NCBI GenBank assembly: GCA_964016885.1
Contig: OZ024759.1
Coordinates: forward strand, 35,898,001 to 35,962,000
Direction: 5' to 3'
Source: Eledone cirrhosa
Taxonomy: Eukaryota
DNA length: 64,000 bases
Position numbers and translations under genes: made by a program. The notes beneath the pieces are model-generated. The model was not told where the DNA came from. It was given only the letters and a program-made list of their open reading frames with translations, and ran no database searches. Below, piece after piece: positions 54,166 through 64,000 of this stretch (the stretch's first letter is position 1; each line of letters begins with the position of its first letter).

Positions 54166-57100
54166 GAGATGAGGGTGATGTCTTCTTTCTGTCAACCACA
54201 ATCAAATACATCCCCCACACTACAGACAGCAACCTGCCAACCCTCTCCTCTTCATTCTAATGAACTCTTCTTCCTTCTATCTTTTCATCTGGTCGTCTCT
54301 GCTTCTATTTTACAGTCCATCACAATCTTGGTACGAGAAATCCACTACTACAAGTTACAGACGGACCAATTACATGTGTTGTTGACTTACTGCGAGGAAG
54401 ACATCATGGACTACACACGGCAGGCCTGTGCATTCAACCTTATTAAGGTAAGAGATTAAAATATGGTAATGAAAGGGTTAATAACATAGACAGTGTCTTT
54501 CATTAGAAATATGGTAATGAAAGGGTTAATGACATAGACAGTGTCTTTCATTAGAAATATGGTCATGAAAGGGTTAATGACATAGACAGTGTCTTTCATT
54601 AGAAATATGGTAATGAAAGGGTTAATGACATAGACAGTGTCTTTCATTAGAAATATGGTAATGAAAGGGTTAATGACAGAGACAGTGTCTTTCATTAGAA
54701 ATATGGTCATGAAAGGGTTAATGACATAGACAGTGTCTTTCATTAGAAATATGGTAATGAAAGGGTTAATGACATAGACAGTGTCTTTCATTTGAAATAT
54801 GGTAATGAAAGGGTTAAAACACTTGTATAAGAGAATAGAGAGACATAGTCATTGGCTTTATGTACATTCTACCATTCTACAGAACATAGAACTGGAACAA
54901 ATGCCACAATTTTACCAGTTATGAAGATTTAATGTCTAAATAACTTTTTTTTTTTTTTCTTTTTTCCAGGCAATTCTTCAGCGGAAGATTGTGAGTGACA
55001 ATATCATTGAATTGATATCACATGTTGAGGAACTGGCTGTCACATCTGAAATCCCGTATATACAGAAACAGTCTCGTGATGTATGTTATATCTTTCCTTA
55101 TATATCATTATTATCATCATTGCCTAGTGGGTAGGAATATCAGCTATTTACATTCCTACACTCTGAGTGCTCTGTCAGGCTAGGGGCTTGCATCATGCTT
55201 ACATATGTTCACCTGCACTCTACCAAGTTTATTTTATTGTGACATCAACACTAGAAGGTTGTCGTATCTTTAGTACAGCTGAAGAGTCTTCTAGTTCATT
55301 CTTTCTTAACCCTGGCTAGTTACAGCCAGTTTGAACAGTAAGTTGTGAGAGAATTCTGGCTGGATATGGCCGGTTTAAATACTAAAGGGTTAAACTGTTA
55401 TGATGATGATGATGATGATGTGTCAGTCTGTATTGTAATGCCAATACTGTAAATGTAATTCTTTCTCTTTTCAGGTTGTTCTACGATTCATTATTGACTA
55501 TCCTCTCGGTAAAAAGCTGTATGACCACCTAGACTTGATCTTCCAACAGCTGACCTACCCTCAGGAATCTGGACGTCAATCTGCCATTGATCTACTCTTG
55601 TCTATCATCCATAAATATCCCATCGTAAGTAAAAAAGAGGGGGGAAAGACCTTCCTCATTGTACCGCTTCATGTGGTGGTGGTGGTGACTGATGTGTATG
55701 TATGTATAGTCCTGTAACTCCTGAGTTGTTGGGGCACCGTGTTGACATATGGTGTTTCCTGGGCATTTTAGGCCTGGCCTGAGTACAACAGATTTCTTCC
55801 AGAGAGAGAGAGAGAGAGTGAGAAAGAGATATAGAGGAAGAATAGGCAAATTTTCCTCGGTGGGATTTGAACTCAGAAAGCAGAGGGCTGGAACAAATAC
55901 CATAAAGCATTCTAACAACGTCAGATAGAATGGCTGCTCATACTGATATTAAGGTATTGTTCTCAAAATAAATATCAAAATCTCATAGATTTGATATTAT
56001 GAGGTGACTATGTGAGGTAAAGCCGTTGCCATGAAACTACAATAGTATGTATAGAGTAATGTAAATGTTAAAGGGTTAACCCTTCCTGTTCCTTCTTTAT
56101 ATTCACTTTATACAAATAATAACTGTTGACTGTAGTTGTTGTTGTTATTGTTGTCATTTCAGCTGAAACTAAATAAAGATGCTGCATTATTTTTCATTCC
56201 ATTTTGTACATCATTGGTCAACGATGACTCATCAACATGTCGTAAGAGTGTTGCCACAACAATCAAAACTCTTCTTCAACGGGTAACAAATTGTTTCACT
56301 TTCAAATGTTTTCTTTCTCTTCTTTCATCTATTTTCTTTCACTGAACATAATTTTGTATTAGTAGTTTTACTAGTTTGTCCAGAAATCTACTTTATGTAA
56401 TAACATGTTGAGAATATTATATATAGGTCAAACTGGAATAACTAAGAAAAAGAAGAACTCTAAATAAACACCAAATTTGAATTCTCAACAAGAGACACAT
56501 TTACCTTAACCCATATCCAGCCAAAATTGTCTCACCTCTTTCTGTTCAATGTGGCTGTAACTGGCCACTCATACTGATGTTAAGGTATTGGTCTCAAAAT
56601 AAATAATATCAAAATCTCATAGATTCAATATTATGTGAGGTAAAGTCTTTACTGTGAAAATACAATAGTATATATAGAGTAATGTAAATGTTATGTGAGG
56701 TAAAGCCTTTACTGTGAAAATACAATAGTATAGATAGAGTAATGTAAATGCTAAAGGGTTAATGAACATATAGATATATTTACTGGACGACATGAACCAA
56801 AACATATTCCTCTATGTCAGTGGTTTGATGGATTATCTGAATAAATGGATGACTAAGGAGTTTGCATTCATTAGAAAATATCAACCACATATCTTCTGCA
56901 ATATTGTTTAACATCCTGAGATGAACTGCCTGCCATGTTATGTGGCCAGGCAGATCTATTGGTCACATCTTTCTCATATGATTCGTTTTTAGACTGGCTA
57001 CTTTTCATTGTGGCACCAACACTACCACCTTGTAGAGTGGACTGGGTGTGTTTTAACAAGACACCAGCACTACCCTATTACAACACGAGGAGCTTCGTTA

Positions 57101-60100
57101 GTGTTTGGGTCAAAATCATAAACACAATTTTTTCTTTGCTTGTTTCCTTAAAGTTTACCATCATTCCGTTGGTATACATCTATTACGCAACTTGGCCACT
57201 GAAATGTGCATAGTGTTTGGGGAAATAAATAATTAAAGAAATTCAACATATTTGGCCTCCTGTCATTTCACTTTATAATATATATTTATATATGTAAACA
57301 AGACTGTTATTGCTCCAAACAGTCTATTCACCTTCAGTAACTACCCTAAATATATATACACATACACTACACGTCTATACACTTATACTACACGTCTATA
57401 CACATACACTACACGTCTATACACATACACTACACATCTATACACATACACTACACGTCTATACACATACACTACACGTCTATACACATACACTACACGT
57501 CTATACACTTATACTACACGTCTATACACATACACTACACATCTATACACTTATACTACACGTCTATACACTTATACTACACGTCTATACACAAACACTA
57601 CACATCTATACACATACACTACACGTCTATACTACACGTCTATACACAAACACTACACGTCTATACACAAACACTACACATCTATACACAAACACTACAC
57701 GTCTATACACTTATACTACACGTCTATACACAAACACTACACGTCTATACACAAACACTACACGTCTATACACAAACACTACACGTCTATACACTTATAC
57801 TACACATATATAGAACAAGCACAATCAATCATCAAATGTCCTGTATATAAACATACATTTATATATATATTTATACATACATTATATTTTGACAGCTGAA
57901 TGAAGAAACACGTAATGAATTATTCACCAATTGTATCAACTGGTACAGCAATAAGAAGGTAAATTTGTAATTATATTTCATTAATTACATTCCATATTTA
58001 AAAATGACTGATTAAGATATATAGTTAACCCTTTCAAAATCTGAAACATTGGTTATATCTGGTTATATCTGGATATATCTAGTTATATCTGGTTGTATGG
58101 TAGCTATATCTAGTTATAGCTGGTTATATCTAGTTACAACCAGTTACATCTGGTTACATTCGGTTATATCCAGTTACATCCATTTTTATCTGGTTATATC
58201 CAATTACATCCAGTTAAATCCAAATATATTTGGTTATATCCTGTTATATCTGGATACATAGCTGGGTACAACCGGATATAACAGATTATACTTTTTATCT
58301 GTCACGTCTTCCATCATTTCTCTCTCTTTTCACTCCAGCTCCAGTTAAGAATAGTGGCTTCCCAGGTCTCCGGCATTTTTGTGGAGACCGAGAAACTGGA
58401 ATTTAAGAAAAGACTCCATGGCTTTTTACCACTCCTTATTAAACATACGAAAAAAGATACTTTTTCTAATGTAAGTATATATTTATATATTAAATATAAT
58501 AATTGTTATCATAAATGTTTATCGGTATTATCGCATGCATGTGTCTGTGTGTATATCATGACTCATACACTGTTCACTTTCCTGACATTTGTACATTATT
58601 CTATGTACTATACATGCACCTTTGATGAGCTGTAGTGCACCTGAGCACTGTACACAATAATTTTCATTATTATTATCATGAGATGTAATAACTGAGAGAT
58701 GTAGAAAAGATGTGAAATAAAGAAGCTTGGACATTTTTTATTTCCTTTTGTTCTCTATTTTCAGGCAAGTTTGATCTGCGTGGAACACGATCAAGACCGT
58801 TTATTGTACAACACTTTAAACACGTTCCTGAAACTAGTGAGATGTTGTGATGTTGTACAGGATAAGAACTTCATTAAACAGACCAACGTTCTCTGGGGTA
58901 ATATAAGATCTTGCCACATACTCACATACACACTAACATATACATATCTTACATACACACACACACATACATATATTACATGTGCACTCATATATACATG
59001 TAATTTCTTACACATTCACACTTAAATGAACACTCACAAATACACACACATAGATACACATATTTACATATACATTTACAAACATACATACACATTATTT
59101 ACACATACAGATACACATGAACACACATATTTACACATACACACTTACATATACAGTAACATACACACATATTTACACATACAGTAACCTACACACATAC
59201 ACACATATTTACACATACATTAACACACACATACACACATATTTACACATACATTAACCCACTCACACATTATTTATACACACCCCACTATAATTCCTAA
59301 ATCTCTATCTTTGTCTCTCTCTTTCTCTCTAGGGGATGTACAGGAATTGATGTTGTACCCCCACATGTGGGTCCAGTTAGTGTCAGCCCAGTTACTGGGT
59401 CTACTCTTCAGTATTTGGTCCCCACAAAAACTTGCCTCGGCCATCTTTAAGGGACCACAACAGCCAACAGAGAGTAACTCTCCTTATCTACTTATTGAAG
59501 GACAGAAAAAGGTAGGCTGCATATGTGTGTGTGTGTGTTCATGTCATTGTCTGTATGTGTGTGTGTGTGTGTCAGTGTATATATATCAGTGTGTCTGAAT
59601 GTGTATATGTCAATGTGCATCTGTATATATCTGTGTGTGTCAGTGTATATATATATATATCAGTGTGTCTGTATGTGTGTGTATGTCAATGTGCATCTAT
59701 ATATATCTGTGTGTGTATATGTCAATGTGCATCTGTATATATCTGTGTGTATATGTCAATGTGCATCTGTATATATCTGTGTGTGTGTGTATATGTCAAT
59801 GTGCATCTGTATATATCTGTGTGTGTATATGTCAATGTGCATCTGTATATATCTGTGTGTGTGTATATGTCAATGTGCATCTCTATATATCTGTGTGTGT
59901 ATATGTCAATGTGCATCTGTATATATCTGTGTGTGTGTATATGTCAATGTGCATCTGTATATATCTGTGTGTGTGTGTATATGTCAATGTGCATCTGTAT
60001 ATATCTGTGTGTGTATATGTCAATGTGCATCTGTATATATCTGTGTGTGTATTTGTCAATGTGCATCTGTATATATCTGTGTGTGTGTGTATGTCATTGT

Positions 60101-60688
60101 CTGTGTATATGTCAGTGTGTGTGTCGTCATCATTGTTTAACGTCTATCTTCCACGCTAAATGATGATGATGATGATGACATACACACTAACAATGATGTG
60201 TGTGTGTATGTCAATGTGCATCTGTATATACCTGTGTGTGTGTATATATATCATTATACACCCCATCACAGTACATATTGATTACCTGGCTGTTCCATGT
60301 TTCAGATTCACACCCTCGTATTAAACAGTATTGGTCAGTTACAGACAACATTGTTACAGAAACAACAAGCTGAACAGGTAACTACCTCTATATCTATCAG
60401 TCTAGCTACCTCTATATCTATCAGTCTAGCTACCTCTATATCTATCAGTTTAGCTATCTTTCTATCTGTTTGCCTACCTATCTCTATATATATTTGTCTC
60501 TTTCTCTCTATATATATATGTCTGTCTAACTCTATATCTATCTTTATATCTCTATCTCTTTGTCTAGATATCTCTACATCTTTCTCTCTCTATCTGTTTA
60601 GCTCTATATCTATCTACCTCTCAATTTTCCCTCTCTTTCTTAATCTCTTTTCCATGTTCTCTCTCTCTCTCTCTCTCTCTCTCCTTAG

Positions 60689-60720
<32 letters not shown>

Positions 60721-62928
60721 CTGTCTTTCTCACTCCATATATATCTCTCCTTCTCTCTCCCCTTATATATATATATTCTTAACTCTCTCTCTCCCCCCTA
60801 TATATATATATATATATTCTAATATCTCTCCCTCCCCCCCCCCCCCCTATATATATATTCTTATCTCTCCCCCTCTCTCCCACCAGGCTGTGAAGAATCT
60901 AGTCTTCCTTACGAAAGTCATCAAACACTTGAACCTGCTGCAGGGAATCCTGGAGGTGAGCAAGACTAAGGAGGGCGAGTCCCAGGAGAAACCCAGTGGA
61001 GAAGTGGGAGTCAGAGAAGTGAAGGAGGAGGATAAAGAAGAAGAGAGCATGGAAGTGGGTGAGGGTGATGATGATGATGACAGTGGTGATGGTGAGGAGG
61101 AGGAGGAGGAAATGACAAAGGAAGAGGAGGGGGAGGAGGATGAGGAAGAGACAGATGAGGAGGAGGAGGAAGAAGAAGAAAAAGAAGGGGGAGAGATGGA
61201 AGAGGATATTGGTGAACTAGTGGAAGTGGGAGGAAAGGAGGAGGAAATGGAGAAGGATGAAGATGAGGAAGAGGATGAGGATGCAGAAGATGAAGTGAAG
61301 GAGGAGGATGAAGGACCCGGGGAGTACCGAGTGTCCCTGCCCTGGGTCACACGTAAGATGATCCATGAGGCTCATTATGAAAATATTCACAACCCCAGGT
61401 GTGTCCTGAAGGTGAGTACTTGTTTCACATGCATAGAGTTACGTCCCTTTACGGTCTGAGTTCAAATCCCGCCGAGGTTAACTTTGCCTTTCATCCTTAC
61501 GGGGTCGATAAAATAAAGTAGCAGTCACGAACTGGGGTCGATTTTATCGACTTACCCCTCCCCCAAAATTGCTGGCCTTGTGCCTATATAAGAAATCATT
61601 ATCTCTTTATAAGTGTACCAGTAATACACTGGGTAATTGCTGGCCTTGTGCCTAACCTAGAAACAATTATCTCTTTATAAGTGGAGGCACATGGCTTAGT
61701 GGTTAGAGCATTGGCCTTGCAATCTAAAGGTTGTGAGTTCAATTCTCAGACCAGGTGATGTGTTGTTTCCTTGAGCAAGACACTTTATTTCACATTGCTC
61801 CAGTTTACTCAGCTGTAGAAATGAGATGATAGGACTGGGGCTTATATCATTAAATTACCCAAGACACCTCCAACGAGATATACCTTGGAGGGGGCCAGCT
61901 AAACCTGCATAGGTGTGAGCTGTTACACACACACACATACATAGGTGTGAGCTGTCACACACACACACACATAGGTGTGAACTGTCTCACACACACACAC
62001 ACATAGGTGTGAGCTGTCACACACACACACACATAGGTGTGAACTGTCACGCACACACACACACATAGGTGTGAGCTGTTACACACACACACATACATAG
62101 GTGTGAGCTGTCACACACACACACATAGGTGTGAACTGTCACACACACACGCACACACACACACATAGGTGTGAGCTGTAACACACACACGCACACACAC
62201 ATAGGTGTGAGCTGTAACACACACACGCACACACTTATACACATATCTGTGTATATCTCTTTATATCTAAAGCCTGTCTCCAACCAGAAGGCTCATCAGG
62301 TCGGTGCTTATCCTGGTTTCATGGCGTGAAGTGGCTGAGAGTACAATACTCTCTCCTGGACAGGACACCAGTCCATCACAGGTTAAACCTCCGGCTATTA
62401 CTGGTACTCATTTTTAGCTGAGTATTCTAGCGCAACATGAAATAAAGTAATTTGCTCAAGAACACAACACGCAACCCAGCACAGGATTCGAACCCATGAC
62501 ATTATGATATCATAAGTCCAACACTGTTACCACTAGGCCACGTGCCTCCACTCATACACATATCTATATATATATAGTGCTGCCCGGTGGCTGAACCCAA
62601 GCTGTTTACTGCCGAGTGGATAACTTGTTGAAACAGCTTGAGCTCAACTGTCTGGCACAATCTACAATACATGTAATCTACTATCCCAAGTATTGAGTAC
62701 TTAGCTGCACATGGTCTTACTAGTCTAACTGGTGACTCCCAATGTATCTATCTATCTATACACACTCATGTTCACTTCAATCCTATCTAGTCCAACCCAT
62801 CCCAGTTTTAGGAGCCCCTCCCTGGCTCACCTCTGGCACTTTCTTTGGTTTGGGCCAACTGCGATATATATGCAGGAATCCATATATAAAATGCCAAGTA
62901 AAACAGACTTATCACTTAGCCATTATAA

Positions 62929-62998
<70 letters not shown>

Positions 62999-63162
62999 AT
63001 GAAGGAATTGTGGTAGGGAACCAGGTGGACCATAACGCACCAGAGTACTCAATACTTAGGGTAGTAGAGTGGGTAATAGGAAAAGAGTCAGGACCCCGAC
63101 AGCTAGATCTGGACTAACTGTCGAAATGGCCGGAGCTCAGCCGTCGGGGTCCTGACTCTTTT

Positions 63163-63228
<66 letters not shown>

Positions 63229-63427
63229 GTGGAGATAATCTACAAGTTTGTTGTTAATACAGTGTGATGTTGTAATGTTCATGCCTTTTCCTCATTACAG
63301 CGGTCCTATGTCTTTAAATGGTTTGCTGCCGTAGCCATTGATCTTGGAGCAGAAATCTTGGCAGATGTCATACACATTGTCCTCCCGGCTCTCCATAGAG
63401 AACTTAATAACACAAGAAGAATGCCAG
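19657..63427 (+). CDS. UTP20: UTP20, small subunit processome component 20 homolog (HEAT-repeat 90S pre-ribosome protein); multi-exon, 3'-incomplete
   Basis: Hand-spliced GT-AG exons with consistent phases: 19657-19698, 20245-20325, 21801-21867, 22261-22322, 22835-22905, 23612-23806, 24503-24587, 24847-24906, 25040-25117, 25810-25977, 26432-26572, 26921-27058, 27404-27481, 27972-28156, 28763-28888, 29124-29215, 29918-30023, 30487-30640, 31701-31766, 32441-32596, 33033-33189, 33654-33897, 34276-34866, 35331-35421, 36009-36094, 36232-36357, 36748-36890, 37501-37573, 38140-38335, 38871-38948, 39516-39595, 39990-40213, 41215-41344, 41531-41621, 42024-42100, 42289-42358, 42764-42817, 43442-43597, 46186-46341, 47472-47609, 47950-48230, 48785-48891, 49309-49568, 49865-50004, 50497-50653, 51305-51403, 51615-51782, 52734-52900, 53262-53403, 53751-54038, 54316-54447, 54970-55080, 55475-55624, 56163-56282, 57896-57958, 58339-58470, 58765-58897, 59333-59511, 60306-60377, 60887-61411, 63301-63427 (8665 nt). 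The translation begins MGKSSRHQGVNKYK-FKKFSDRIAEVKIDVVH..ETYFHEGLIKWTSLN..LVVQLAKDLQNDFY..LSYLFKFLWRYM..YIRKFAAESFGFLIRK. Later segments include EEIDYDRR, DFFENMKNIKVQRRSRAL, RSRSLDIRKSARDTL..LSKGYQLHILGFT and IDYPLGKKL..YPQESGRQSA. All of these match segments I recognise from metazoan UTP20. Confidence 0.95.
20655..21030. repeat. About 50-bp degenerate tandem repeat
   Basis: atatctgttgaccagatg..gtgattccaacaacagacacc units. Confidence 0.85.
21060..21690. repeat. 22-bp minisatellite (AGCCAATTTTTGTTGAAAATTC), about 28 copies
   Basis: Visible, with a higher-order block repeated at about 21150 and about 21390. Confidence 0.92.
22345..22726. repeat. Degenerate 24-32-bp minisatellite (ACATGGCTACATGTTCACACCTTT)
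   Basis: Visible. Confidence 0.85.
30166..30355. mobile_element. Palindromic element with a full hammerhead-like core (CTGATGA..GAAAC..GTC)
   Basis: Inverted repeat 30226-30355; CTGATGA 30294-30300, GAAAC 30313-30317, GTC 30325-30327; GTACTCAATAC at 30201. Half copy at 13565-13690. Confidence 0.6.
34276..34866 (+). CDS. UTP20: UTP20 exon 23, with long Asp/Glu-rich insert and poly-Lys
   Basis: ttttacag acceptor and AA|gtaag donor. Begins NEYYHVDAESAALQNI, followed by roughly 130 mostly acidic residues and KKKKKKKKK (ORF track 34241..34870). Confidence 0.9.
34990..35283. repeat. 25-bp minisatellite (AATGAAAGAGTTAATGTAGGAATAT), about 12 copies
   Basis: Visible. Confidence 0.93.
35498..35925. 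repeat. 65-bp tandem repeat, about 6 copies
   Basis: ctccacatctgtcatac at 35501, 35566, 35631 and 35696, then degenerate copies. Confidence 0.88.
37029..37257. mobile_element. piggyBac-like MITE, complete copy
   Basis: ttaaccctttatcattta ... taaatgataaagggttaa: exact terminal inverted repeat with TTAA at both ends. It abuts a partial copy at about 36900-37032 that shares the TTAA. Confidence 0.8.
40678..41125. repeat. 96-bp tandem repeat, about 4.5 copies
   Basis: 32-aa periodicity of ORF 40645..41115(-). Confidence 0.92.
43797..46030 (-). mobile_element. 5'-truncated RTE-clade non-LTR retrotransposon (LINE) in UTP20 intron 38
   Basis: ORFs 44651..45859 and 44197..44634 carry RT motifs (KGKGD..NYRGIKL, QFGF, AFVDLEKAFDRV, GVHQGSVLSPLLF, LLYADDL, FRYLG) and the RTE C-terminal RLRWYGHVMR..GRPRKTW. 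There is one +1 frameshift near 44670. The 3'UTR ends in a (GAT)n tail near 43797-43820. The endonuclease is missing (truncated at about 46030). Confidence 0.92.
44197..45859 (-). pseudogene. Reverse transcriptase ORF of the RTE element (frameshifted), with a Cys/His zinc-finger-like insert
   Basis: WKKFREL|LPLLAAKGFSLKMKG is restored by deleting one base near 44670. C-x2-C...C-x2-C-x4-H-x2-C...C-x2-C segment (CSVC..CPKCKVWVHKRC..CGRC). Confidence 0.85.
46422..47126. repeat. 72-bp tandem array (about 10 copies) inside a piggyBac-like MITE
   Basis: The unit matches the subterminal segment of the MITE. The array is flanked by ttaacccttta (46410) and the remainder of the MITE to about 47270. 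Confidence 0.9.
51860..52380. repeat. 29-bp minisatellite (GGTTGGTTGTGTTAGATGGCTGATGGCTT), about 18 copies
   Basis: Visible. Confidence 0.93.
54459..54817. repeat. 48-bp tandem array (about 7.5 copies), each unit containing AAAGGGTTAA
   Basis: The same unit occurs as 1-2 copies at about 25260-25350, 25553-25665(-), 38612-38710 and 53622-53714. Confidence 0.92.
57355..57810. repeat. 21-bp minisatellite (TATACACATACACTACACGTC)
   Basis: Visible; gives the HVYTHTL pseudo-ORF. Confidence 0.92.
59560..60240. repeat. About 38-42-bp minisatellite with variable (GT)n
   Basis: atatgtcaatgtgcatctgtatatatct(gt)n units. Confidence 0.9.
60887..61411 (+). CDS. UTP20: UTP20 exon 60, with long Glu-rich insert
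   Basis: ccaccag acceptor and AAG|gtgag donor. AVKNLVFLTK...(E/D-rich tract)...SLPWVTRKMIHEAHYE..P..LK matches the UTP20 C-terminal region. Confidence 0.9.
61681..61820 (+). mobile_element. SINE family B copy
   Basis: ggaggcacatggcttagtggttagagc..gagttcaattc..ccttgagcaagacactttatttcac. Confidence 0.75.
61908..62230. repeat. About 30-bp minisatellite ATAGGTGTGAGCTGTC(AC)n
   Basis: Visible. It grows from the end of a dispersed repeat (taggactgggg..atcattaa..aaacct..ataggtgtgagctgt) also seen at about 42460-42640 and 51120-51220. Confidence 0.88.
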
Positions 63428-64000
63428 GTGGGTTTTTATCTCGTCTTTCTGACCTCGTTAACCTTTCTATTCCTATATCTCTTACCTTGTTATCTTTGTT
63501 GTTTAGCCCCAGGTCACATCTGATCCAGGAGACCTGTCATTATAGATCTTCCAGCTGTGACCATCTCATCTTTTTATTCCACTAGAGTGTATCTAGGACT
63601 GTTGTTGTTTAGCCCTGAGTCCGGCTTGATCAGCTGACCTTTGAGCAAAGATGTTTCAGTCGTGATCATTGAGTCTTATTTATTATTATTAACATTATTA
63701 GGGTAGTGAATTGCAGAATCGGTAGAGCATTGAAACCATGCTTCGGGGCATATAGTTATGGCCCTTTACATTCTGATTTCAAATCCCGCCGAGGTTAGCT
63801 TTGTATTACAACTTTACGGGATTGATTTAATCAACATGTGGTTAGAATGTCTCAGGAAAGAATCACTGGACAGATTTTATGGGCGATACCAACCAACAGG
63901 AGACACAGGAGTAGATCCTGAGCAAAATGGTTGGATATCATCCATGAGCTTGGGTACGGTTGCTTCTGACTGGACGGAGTGTTTGAAGACTCTGCCCCCC

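Noticed and set aside
61681-61755. tRNA gene
   Set aside because: A/B boxes are present but there is no intact cloverleaf; it runs into a SINE body found in multiple diverged copies.
19699-63300. Intronic snoRNAs in UTP20
   Set aside because: The TGATGA hits I checked fall in (GAT)n retro-tails or hairpin elements. No convincing C/D box pair with a terminal stem was seen by eye; snoscan or Infernal would be needed.

Overview
Repeat-rich animal genomic DNA. The dense (AT)n/(CA)n microsatellites, tRNA-derived SINEs and RTE LINEs suggest a mollusc, probably a cephalopod (inference). From 19657 to the right edge, the + strand carries a highly spliced UTP20 gene (small-subunit processome HEAT-repeat protein). 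I traced 61 phase-consistent GT-AG exons by hand, about 2,888 codons, with the 3' end lying beyond the window; three of these exons carry long acidic tracts. The introns and upstream region hold a 5'-truncated RTE LINE with one frameshift, three SINE-like families, TTAA-flanked piggyBac-like MITEs, Tc1/mariner-like MITEs and many minisatellites. The most unusual signal is a dispersed set of nine fold-back (palindromic) elements of about 75-130 bp, mostly in or beside (AT)n tracts. Their arms share little sequence, yet most carry the 3' half of a hammerhead ribozyme (GAAAC-stem-GTH), and many are linked to a GTATTGAGTAC motif, which suggests Penelope-derived hairpin elements. Also seen: a head-to-tail 1.5-kb duplication upstream of UTP20, a low-confidence spliced minus-strand gene at about 4.6-9.5 kb, a Myc E-box at the UTP20 promoter and an intronic YY1+CTCF motif pair. 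Most ORF-track entries are translations of repeats.
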